64,000 nt of DNA from Entomortierella parvispora E1425 (Eukaryota > Fungi > Mortierellomycota). Below are positions 23,301 to 34,145 of the stretch, one piece after another (position 1 is the first letter of the stretch; every line of letters starts with the position of its first letter). The translations under genes were made by a program, and so were the position numbers. The stretch is taken from positions 1,302,001 through 1,366,000 of the forward strand of contig BQFW01000003.1 of NCBI GenBank assembly GCA_020891255.1, read 5' to 3'. The notes under the pieces are model-generated. The model saw only the letters and a program-made list of their open reading frames with translations, had not been told where the DNA came from and ran no database searches.

Positions 23301-26300
23301 CAACGTTGGCGCCGACATAGTTGAGCTTGATCTGGGCGGGGAGGGTGATGTTCTTGATGGTAACGGCAGCATCGATACCAACGACCTGAGGAGCGTTCAA
23401 GTCCACAACCAATTGACTGACAGCAACTCTGTTCAACAACGAGCTCTCACCAGCGAGGAGGGCGGGGATCTTGTTGATGTAGGGAGCAACATTGATTGGG
23501 ATGGCAATGGCCTGCAAGATCGTGAACACGTTCGTGGGGGATCCACCAAAGACGGCACCAGAGATGACCAAGTTGGTCTCGGGTGTGGTCTGGTTGTTGA
23601 TGACAGCACCGACCAGGTTGGTGATGGCGGACGTAAGAGCATCGCTGGTCATGAGAGCAACATCAACGTGGGCAGTAATGGCCAAGGCACCGTTGGCGGG
23701 CTTGAGCGAGAACGAGGGAATGGAGACCTGGGCAAGACCGACCGTGTTGATGGCCAGGTTGACGCCGACATAGTTGAGCTTGATCTCGGCAGGAATGGTA
23801 ACGTTCTTGATGGCAATGGCGGCATCGATGCCGATGGTTTGGGGAGAGTTCAAGTCGACGACCATGGAACCAATATCCAAGCCAGCAAGGAGGTTGCCTC
23901 CAGCACCACCGGACAAGGCGCCATTGATCATGGCACCAATCTTTTGCAAGTAAGGAGCCAAGGCAATGTCGACCTTGATCTGGGACAAGATGTGGAAGAG
24001 ATGGTTGGGGTCACCACCAAAGACGGGATCGTAGATGACCAAGTCCGTAGGGGGCTTGACCTGGCCGGGGTAGAGCAGAGAGCCGACCAAGTTGGCAATC
24101 TGACCGCTGAGCTGAGGACCCTGCTGAACATTGACCAAAGCCTGGAAGTTGATCGAGAGCTCGTTGTTGGCGGAGCTCAAGGCCAAAGTGGGCAAGGTGA
24201 GATCGGCCAAGGGAACGGAGTCCAGACCCAAGGAAACACCGACGTAGTTGATGCTGATGTCGGCGGGCAAAGTCAAGTTCTTGATCAAGAGACCACCCTG
24301 AATGTTGATGATGGAGGGGCTGTTCAAGTCGACAACCAAGTTGGAGAGAGCAATGTTGTTCATGTTCAATCCACCGGCACCGGCCAACAACTGGTTGATA
24401 TAGGCCTTGGCCTTGGTAAGCAATGCGGGCAAGGCAACGGGGTATGAGATCAACGAGAAGGTTTGGATGTTGTCGGTAGTCGAGACACCAATCAAAGGCT
24501 TGGAAAGGACCAAGTTCTGGACGGGGGAAGTCGTGGTGTTGGACATGAAGTAGCCAACCAGCTTGGCAATATCGGTCTGGATCGCAGGGGTATCCTGGAC
24601 CGTGACCGAGGCCTTGACAGTCAAGGTCAACTTGTTGTTGGCGGTAGCAATGGTGATCGAGGGAACATCCACATGGGCGAGGGCGTCCGAGTCGAGGGCA
24701 AGATCGATACCAAAGTAACCAATGTTGACAGCCACAGGCAGAGAGAAGTTGTTGACAGACACAGTGGCACCCAACTCCATAACGGGAGCATTGTTCAAGT
24801 TGGCAGAGATGGCGCCAATCTCGACGCTGTTCAACAAGTTGCCAGCCATCTGGGTGAGGTTCATGCCCAACTTGGAGGTCAAGAGATCCAAGTTGGCCTT
24901 GTTCAAGACGTCCTTGGAGGGGATCGAGATGTCAATCTGGGACAAGAGATCAAAGTAGTCCGAGGGCGAAGCACCGATTCTCAAGTTGTGGACTGTCAAA
25001 GCCTCGGGGGTGTTTCCGAGCTGACCACCGAGGAGCTCACCGAGAAGAGTGGCAACCTTGGTCTGGGCAGCGACGGCGTTACTAAAGTACAAGTCAACCT
25101 CGGCCTGGAGGGTGTTGGCACCAGGGGACATGGCCAAGTTATCGACACCGACGTTCAAGATATCAACATTGTCCAATCCACCGCTGATACCAATGTAGGG
25201 AACAGAGAGGGAGATGGGGATGGGGTTGTTGAATTTGGCAGTAGCACCGATAGAAAGACCGGCATTGGGAACAGTGGCCAAAGAGATGTCGGCCACCGAG
25301 AGACCAAGCTGGGCCAAGGTGCTGTTGAGGAATCCACCGGGAAGAGAAGGAGCTGGGGAGGCAATAGAGTGTCATGGAGTGAAAGTCAGTATTTGATTGT
25401 AAAAAATAAATCAGTACAAAAAAAAAAAAAAAAAGAATGACGAAGTATCTTACCATTGCCGCCCAAAAGACCACCCAAAGGAAGGGAGATAGAAACCTGG
25501 GAAAGAGCCTCGATGAGATCGGATGAGGACTGACCGATAACAATGCCAGAGACGCCAACAGAGCTGGAAACGGGCTGGTGGGCAATGATGGCGTTGACCA
25601 AAGCAGCGACCTTTCCAGCAATGGCGGGACCAGTACCGACAGAGATAGCGATGCCGGCATCCATCTGGACAGTGCCACCGCCATAGTTCAAACCAGAAGT
25701 CAAGGAGACACCGGCCAGGTTGGCGCCATCCAAGCTCAATTGGAGACCCAAGTAACCAATGTTGGCGACAATGGGCAAGCCCAAGAACATGTCGAGGTTG
25801 ACACCGGCAGTGATCATGTTGTTGGGCAGGACAGCAATCGAGGCCTCGTGGATGGTAAGCTGAGCCAAAGAACCGACCTTGATGGCCACAGCGGTGGGCG
25901 CGATGGAGACACTGGTCTCAGCCATGACGGTCTGGAGCAACTGCGCGAGGTCAATGTGGCCTGTGATGACATCCGAGATAGGGAGAGCAACATCGACGCC
26001 GTTCAAGGTGTTGATGGCATCGCTAGGACTCATACCCAAGGCCAGGTTGGAGACACCAGCCGTGATATCCAAGCTTCCACCTGATGATGTCAAAGCACTG
26101 ACCAATTGGGCAACAGTGGGTGGGATCTGAGGGCTGGGTTCCGTGAAGACAATACCGACACCGACCGAGATGTCCACATTTCCTGATCCAGTACCTACCA
26201 AATCAGCCAAGAAAAGTTGGCCGAGCTGGTTGCCGTTCAAGTTGATGTCCAAGGCAAAGTAAGGAATGTTCAAGTCCAACTCGAAGGGCAAGGGGAGGGT

Positions 26301-27689
26301 TATCTTGGGCGAGATCAACAAAGTGTGTCCGGGAGCAGTGGAGACGGTAAGACCCTGGATATAAGTCATCAGGGAAGGACCAGTACCCTCTCCGAGCTTG
26401 CTGATGTCGATGGGAAGGTAAGGGGTGATATATCCGAGAATTAATTGTTCAATGGCGACGGTGCTGACGTTCAAGAGGGGCAGGTTGATGTCCAATTCGC
26501 TGAACAACGAGTTCAAAAGGTAGCCAGTAGCGCTCATGTTGCTTGGGGTACCGAAAGAGAAGTTGCCAATGTTGACAACCTGGTTCAACGTGCCTAAGTG
26601 AAAAAAGAGAGTCCATAAATGTTAAAAGACCGATACTTTCCGACTGGTGACCACCACCCACTGCAGTCAGTCATATTTCTACATACCTCCGAGGAAGTCG
26701 CCTACAAGGGCGCCAAGCTGAGCAGAAGCCTCGGCATCGTTGTTGAACTCGAGGTTGACAAGGGTCTCGGCAGTCATCTCGCCGGGAGCGAGGTGCAAGT
26801 CCTGAATGCCAACAGTGACAATACGAGTGCCGTTCAGACCAAGATCCACCTGAAGATAAGGAATATCCAAGGCAACGTTCAAGGGGTTGTTCCAGGAGAA
26901 GCCCACACCAGCCGTCAACACGGCACCAGTCTGGGTCTTGACTATGACCTTGTTGAGTGTTGGCATTGTGAAGTTGATGAGGGGGTTCATCAAACCTCCA
27001 AAGCCAAAGACTGGGGGCGTGCCGGCGTTAGCAGTGACGTTCGTGGGCTGGATGGGTCCAGCAGGAGCAAACTGCACAGGGATCTGGATGGGGGCCATGC
27101 CCAATGGGTTGCCACTAGCAGTAATATCCTGAATACTAATCACAGGGGGAGCACCGCTGGGAGTGACACCTCCAAAGAGAGATGTGACCACATTGTTGAT
27201 AGACGTCTTCAAAGCAGGGACGGTGTTGCCGTCAGCGATGTCAATGGTGGCATTGGCGGCCAGTGGGCCAATTCCAGCACTCAAGGTAATATTTGTGGTG
27301 GTGATGTTGGCCAAGGACATGCCATCGAGAAGGATTTTCACACCAATTGAACCAAGAGCGATGTTCATGGGTCCAAGAGGGTTTTGCAACGAAGAGTTGA
27401 CCGAAACAACGACCTGAGTAGGGGCTGTGATAAAGAGGCCAGCCTGGGTGAAGTTCATGAGGCCGGGAACAAGGTACTTGTCCATCATGTTCGGGGGCTT
27501 GGGCACCATGGATGAGAGTCCACCGAGGATAATGGCTCCAGGGGAATCCACAGCGGCACCAAAGGTGATGGCGGCGTCAGCAGCTGGAGCAATGGTTGAT
27601 CCCAAAAGGGCCAAGCCAGCTACTCCTGCCATTGCCAGGAACGATCCCATTTTGGCGACCTTATTGTTGGATGAATTTGATCGTGTCAT
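20356..27689 (-). CDS. Giant secreted repeat protein, 2379 aa, about 15 LEA_2/DUF3712-like beta-rich units; exons 27689-26687, 26593-25454, 25352-20356
   Basis: Three long ORFs join in frame through gtatgt..tag and gtaaga..cag introns (7140 nt). Signal peptide ends ..APAADA|AITF. Core repeats recur at an exact 453-bp period (22405, 22858, 23311, 23764). NP-x-I-x-LG / LNYVG / ISGA-FG motifs and many N-glycosylation sequons. Confidence 0.88.
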
Positions 27690-30600
27690 GGTATTATATT
27701 AGAGGGAGGAGGAGGAAGGGGAGGTCGAAAGAGAGAGGAGGGGTCCGCTGGCGACTCTGATCCAGCCAACAAGTCGTTTCTTCTGTGAAGGACAACCGGG
27801 GCGATCTAATCGGATGGGTGCTTGCTCGACTCCTGATGAGAAAAGGGAATCTTCCTATGAAGTTCAACACATGTTCAAGGAAAGATACAGAAATGTGTGC
27901 GTTAGTCCCTGTGATGCGCAAACTGCCTGTCAACAGGCCACTTTGGAGGGACAAGAAATAAATCGCGCTCCACGTCGGAGTGGATCGAATGGATCACTTG
28001 GGACCAAAGAGGCAACTCCGGCCACCATTGCAGGCTGCCTGGAGGCGAAACAGAAGGCGGAGGAAGAGGAATTGGGCGTGGAGTGAGCAAGTCGGGGCAG
28101 AAGGATGAGGTGATAGGGGTCGAGTAAAGGAGTGGAGGGAGAGAGAGAGGCCTGGTAGAGGAGCATCGGAGCTGGTTTTGAGGCCGGCTCTCATGTTCTT
28201 TCTCGTCCAGTCGGTCGAGTCGACGGAAACTAAGAGGGATTCCTCATCCTGTCGACACTCCCTCAGCATATGATTATTTGAGAGCTACTGCTGGACGACG
28301 GGCAAGTGAATCCTTGGCTGTTTCTCCTGTCGACAATGAAACGCGTCCTCCCTTCAAGTCGAAAGTGAACGCCAAAAGGATGACCAATTATCTAGATCTC
28401 AGGAGGTGGGAGTTGTAGCGCCGACGCGAAATTGCACATGCATCAATTGACGCTGTAAGAGGGGGAAGGGGGATGTGTTTTCGGCCAGTGTTGCGAAGAG
28501 TGATGAAGGACCAAAGGCCAGTATATGGTTGGTGTGCACATTGGTGGGTGTTGGGGCACGACGTGGACTTTGGGACACTGGACTTGTTGAAGAAGACCAT
28601 GGAAGGATGAAGTGAGGGAATGAGGAGGATAGCCGAGAGAGTACCGGGCTGTAGGGGTGAGAAGATACTTGCCTGTACTTGCAATCCAAGAGACTGCGAG
28701 AAAGGAAAGGGGAGGAGTAGAGGGTGCCTGTTGAAGGAGGAAGGGGCGGAAGAGAGGACGAGGGAAGGAACAGGAACAAACAAAAAAAAGAGAGAGGGAG
28801 AGAGAGAGAAGAAAAGGAAAGGAAAGGGACGGGGGAGGACAAGAGACAAAGAGGTGACAAAACACAGACCGAGGGTTAGAAAGTACTCTTTGTCTTGACT
28901 CTGGGAGCAGCTCGCTTGCGCTTGCGAACAACAGACTGCACCCAGAGAAATGCGATAAAGTAAACCGAAATATAAATACGGATAGCATTGAGGCTAACCT
29001 GCTTTCTTGCTTCATGGCAAATAGCCGGCCGTCAGCGGCCCTTGGCACCTTGCCTCCATCCATTTGTTCTGTGCTCTCAACAACGAGCGAGCAGCAGTAG
29101 CAAGACAACAAGTGGAGCGGCCTGCGAGTGGTTGTCTCCCTGTGTTGTCCCTCAACGGATGAAAACATTAAACAGAGTGCAAGAGGAAATTCAAAGTTTT
29201 TTTTTTGTGAGCACTTTTTGCTTATGCTTCGTTGCCACGGTGAAGGCGATCAAGTTTTCTCGGATGATGACCGATCACAACCTGGTTTTGACAAAAGCCT
29301 ACTTACTCTATCATTTACATGCACTTCACTCGTTGAAGGGGTCAAGAAAGACCAGCAAGTGTAGCGATTTGCAGGAAGTGAACGCGATCCTCACGCGATG
29401 GCACTACGGGGCTGTCTGCGTGCCTGAAAAAAAAAATTAGACAAGCATGGATGGGTCGATCACAACCGCCTGCGCCGTTTTATGGCGTGGCATGTGCCAG
29501 GCAGATATTGCAGTGGCCTCTCCTCCCACACCATCCTCTCGTCTTCCTTCTTTTCCATCGAAATCTGTTCGCTTCAGGCTGACGTTTTTTTTGACCCTGG
29601 GTACGGGTTGCAGAATCTGAGTCCCAATGATGACGGAAGGTCGCGATGATCTTGTCCGAGTGAACGCCCAACTTTTTCCAATGTTGGACACAAAGAAATT
29701 CTGTGTGAACATGCCTTTTCTAATGAACCAAATAGCTGTTGTGCAATCATACACCCACAAGAATACACCACCCCCTGCCTTCTCGACAACCAAACCAACA
29801 ACAAACTACTTGAGCCTGGTGCGCCCCATGTGCTCAATCTGTATCATGCTGTATAATTTGTCAGGGTGATGCCTGCACTTTATTTATATCTGTGCGTGTG
29901 CGCTGCTGGCTATCAACGGATACTTTAACAAAGGAAGAATAAAAAAAGCGTCCATCGGTTCACCTCCTGTTATTGGTGAAGGGTGTAGAAGATGCTTGTC
30001 GTTTTCGGTTGGATGGTCCATGAGGGACAACAGGGAGAACACTGAAGGACTTGTTCGTAAACAATGATCTGTGCAGAGGGAGCAAATGGACCGACGGGCT
30101 TGTCGCTGGTTGTGGAGAAAACGTCAACGACTTGTGGGGTAGGAGACGAAGTTGTCGGCTGCAAGTGTTTACGAACTACAAGAAAGAAAGCAAAACAAAA
30201 AAAAAAACATACCAACAACGATTAAAGAAGGTCCAAGCTCGCGGAAAATGCCTTGGACCTGTTTTCCTTTGTGCAATGGTCAACTGCACTCAAGACAAGT
30301 TATCCACGAAGGATTTGCACGTACCTCTGAAGAGGATCACTATCGGACTTTCAGAGCCGATATCGCCAGCCGAGCAATAGAGAAACAGAATGTGGAGCGA
30401 TTGGGCAAAGAGTAGACTGCTGCCCCAGTGGGGGGCGCCAGACTCTGGAATGTCCGACATGTGGGCGGCCAAACCCTAAAGGAGAAGGGCGCATGCTCGG
30501 TTGCGCTGACTGGGTCTGAAATATGACCGTTGTCATCCTCACAGCTCACAGCGCTACTGCTGGTGAGGGAGGATGGGAAACGCGGTTGAGGGGCAGGCTT

Positions 30601-31019
30601 TCTGTCAGTTTTACCAATGCATTATCGATGCAGACCTCCCCAACCTTTGCGATGGTGGATGCAGCGGAGCATTGGAGTGTTTTGATTACAGAGAGATCAT
30701 CCGTGCATTGAGATGGTCGGAATGTCGCACTCGCACTTTCCCACCATGCTTCTCTTTTTCTCGAGTGGCCAGCGAGCATGGCCCCCAGTGCGAACTTCGA
30801 CACAAAGACCCTGCCACGAAGATCACTAGCATCGTTAGTCGCTCTCCCCAAGAATCAGGCCACTTTTTGTTTGTAGCACAGGCATCGTTGTGCATTCATG
30901 AAAATTAACCTTGCAGAATGCCGAATTGGTCACGTGGCTTGATCATGTGACGATGTAGAGCACAGCGCAGTCTGACTGTCAAGATGCAGGCATGCAGGCA
31001 ATGCATTTCTTTGCATTCT

Positions 31020-32501
31020 ATGGCAGATTCGACCGCAACGACAGCAGGAGATCCTATAGCTGGAGCACCAACGCCGGCTCTGTCGAGTGGATCAGGGTCA
31101 GTGTCGCCGCTCAATATCGAGGAAGTCCTAGTTGAGATCGTGTCTTACTTGGACAGACAGTCTCTTCACAGTTGCGTAACGGTTTCAAAGAAGTTTTATC
31201 GAGCCGCGATCCGGAGTCTCTGGAAGGTTGTGCATTGGAAGGGAACCACGGCAGACAATTGTTTTCTCCCAGAATTCATCCGTTATGGTCACTACACCGT
31301 TGAACTCCAGGATAACTTCAATGCTGACCTGGAGTTGATCGCTCGGATATGCACTAATCTGAGAGAACTTCGCCTCGCATGGACTCCGCCCACGGACGAA
31401 TCTCTGCAGAGGATTTTGGAGAGTTCCCCCAAGATCTCGCATCTCTATCTATATTGCGGAAGGGCGTTGACTCACCAGGCTTTCCAGAGTATAAGTCAGC
31501 TGGCAGGACTGAGGCGACTGGACTTGAGGAATATGATCAAGATGACCGATGGGGCACTTATTACGCTGCTTCGGTCCTGTCCACTGCTGGAGCATTTAAA
31601 CCTCGAGGATGTTCTACTGGAAAACATTTTTCTGGACGACCTTGGAGACAAGCCTTTACGACTGCGGATCTTGGGGTTGGCACGTTCATATCTGCCAGGG
31701 ACATTCGTCAAAAATCTTCTGAGCGTCTCTCCAGAGATCAAAGAGGTCTCGTTGGCTAGAAATACTCGAACGATTCTTACAAAGGAGGATATTCTACCGC
31801 TGCAGGACATTCTTTCTCAGTTGACATATCTAAACCTAGATTCTTGCAGATTAATCGAGAGTGACGCGATGGAGACCCTCTTTGGAACGTGCCCCAATCT
31901 TGAGCGAGTCAACATTGGCAGTACTATGGCCGACGACCGTTGCTTGAATGCCCTCTCGACGAATTGCTGCAGACTTCAGAACCTCAACCTGTCTTGGTGC
32001 AATCATATTACGGACGAAGGCGTGATCAACTTTTTGACAACCTGCACGACGTTGAAGCTCTTGGATATTCGTACGCTAGGAACAATCTCTTCAGCAATAT
32101 TTCACCCGAAAAAACTCTGGGCCTGCCGAGATCTGGAGACTCTCAACATCACAGGTGTTTACATGGCGAGACCCAGCATTGCAGCGTTTGGAGGTGGCAC
32201 TGCAGCAAATCATGCTCGCATGTTTGAGCAATTGGGCCGCCTGCGATCGTTGCGGGACTTGGTTCTTGGAGGGTCGACCCTAACCTTGGAGCTGAGCTCA
32301 GGCATGTCTAAGCTGGGCGAACTGGAGGATCTGGAATCGTTCAGGATCGCATCTCTGGAGGTTATTTTGGCCGAGGACGAGATCCGGTGGATTGTCGACT
32401 CTTGGCCAAAGTTGAAACGCATCAAGTTTGAGAGCGGGACATTGCCTCCACCCTGGAAGCGGTACTTTCGACATCAGCGGCCACAACTGATACTAGGGTA
32501 G
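31020..32501 (+). CDS. F-box / RNI-like leucine-rich repeat protein, single exon
   Basis: F-box-like PLNIEEVLVEIVSYLDRQSLHSCVTVSKKFYRAAIRSLW, then LRRs (CPLLEHLNL, CPNLERVNI, LQNLNLSWCNHITDEG, WACRDLETLNI). Confidence 0.88.
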   Translation: MADSTATTAGDPIAGAPTPALSSGSGSVSPLNIEEVLVEIVSYLDRQSLHSCVTVSKKFYRAAIRSLWKVVHWKGTTADNCFLPEFIRYGHYTVELQDNFNADLELIARICTNLRELRLAWTPPTDESLQRILESSPKISHLYLYCGRALTHQAFQSISQLAGLRRLDLRNMIKMTDGALITLLRSCPLLEHLNLEDVLLENIFLDDLGDKPLRLRILGLARSYLPGTFVKNLLSVSPEIKEVSLARNTRTILTKEDILPLQDILSQLTYLNLDSCRLIESDAMETLFGTCPNLERVNIGSTMADDRCLNALSTNCCRLQNLNLSWCNHITDEGVINFLTTCTTLKLLDIRTLGTISSAIFHPKKLWACRDLETLNITGVYMARPSIAAFGGGTAANHARMFEQLGRLRSLRDLVLGGSTLTLELSSGMSKLGELEDLESFRIASLEVILAEDEIRWIVDSWPKLKRIKFESGTLPPPWKRYFRHQRPQLILG

Positions 32502-33136
32502 TGATGTCTCGACGAAAGGACCTGTTGGTACAGAACATACATATCAGCATAGAGACCATAGCATTGGGGCACAGCCTAGAGACATCGAGCACAAGATTAC
32601 ACAGACACGCACAGAGGAGAAGGACCTGCCACGTCACAGCCAATGAGCGGCGTTTGTGCCCACGGACGGCCCCAGAAAGGGGCCGTGGATGAATGTCGAG
32701 ATAATTTATTCTGTCGAGATGCGCTCCATCGTCGTTCACTCTGTGTCCTTTTCTTTTTGTTCTGTCGTCGGTTGGGTCCTTCTCATCATCATCATCCCAT
32801 TACTCTCCCTCTCTCCCCGTCTCGCTCTCTTTCCTGTTTCCATTCGGACTGGGAATAAATAAAAAAAAAAAAAAAAAAGAACGCGAACGCCCCGCTCCTT
32901 GCCCGTCATCACTCCTTTCTTCATCTCCCGTTCTCGTTCTTCCCGTTCCTTCCCCATCTGGCATCTATCGAAAGGACCTAATCAACTAGGACTCCGCGCG
33001 ACCCATGGCCGACTACTCTGCCGGTATGACCCATGACGCTTTCTCGGCGTGAATCTTGAGTGCTGTTCTTCAGGTGTGCAGTCTAATGCATGGTCATCGT
33101 ACTCACCCACTCTTGTATCCTTGCATTCTTGTAGAC

Positions 33137-33244
33137 ATGTCCGCTCCAAGGAACGGTCCTCCTGGGAACAATGGTCCCCTGCGGCCGAATCCCTCTCCAA
33201 ACATGAATGTGCGCCCACCCTACCCAAATCAGCGCCCTCCACCT

Positions 33245-33282
<38 letters not shown>

Positions 33283-34111
33283 ACTCCAGCCTTCAGCAGG
33301 TATCCCTCCTCCAGGCAGATCACCCATGATGTCTCCTTTCCAAAAGCAGGACCCGCCTGGCTCTACTGGACCAAGTCCTCGTCCCCAGCATCAGATCCAG
33401 CAACAGCAGCAGCAGCCACCAGTGCAGCATCATGCTATGAATCCTGCCTTTAGACCAGCCCAGCAATCGCCACCTCCTGCGAGCCATGGTAGCCCCGTGC
33501 GTCCTGGCGGTGCCCCTTCTGGTCCAGGATCACTTCAGCAACAGCAACATCAACAGCAACCTCGTCCACATCCCCCACCTGGCCAAGGACAGGGACAGCC
33601 AATGCAGTTAGGTAACCCGGGAAGACCTCAGCCAGGTCAGATCGGCGCTGTCGGTCAGGGTCCGCTGAGGTCTGGAAGCACTGGAGGAATGAATTCTCCT
33701 CAGACCCAACCGTCGCCCCGTCCTTCTCCTCAGCAGCAGCAGCAGCAACAGCCAGGACAGCAGCCAGGGCAGGTGCCGCATCCTCCCCACATGAACGGAG
33801 GCGCATTGCGACCCTCGATCTCCCACCCAAACCTGTCTGGAGCAGCGCCAGGAGCGCCCGCTGGGAACCGCTTTACACCACCTTCGCCCAACCTGACGAC
33901 CACCCGATCGCCTCACATGCGACCTCTGCAGCCTCCGCCCCAGCAACAGCAGCAGTCTCACCCTCCTCCAGTTCAACATCCCACGCTGAGGCCTTCATTG
34001 TCGCAACCTCACCTCGCTCAGCAGGCAGCTGTTCGTCCCCCACCCTCAAACTCTCCTTCGCAGGCACACACGATGGCCGTCAGGCCTCCTGCGCCATTGC
34101 AGCAACCTTCC

Positions 34112-34145
<34 letters not shown>

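Noticed and set aside
22400-23900. Regularly spaced direct repeats
   Set aside because: The 453-bp period reflects in-frame protein repeats, not a CRISPR array or satellite.
21709-24447. 912-aa plus-strand ORF, plus others at 20512-21507, 24463-25440 and 25578-26084
   Set aside because: These are antisense shadows of the codon-biased giant gene, with no independent motifs, start context or splice logic.
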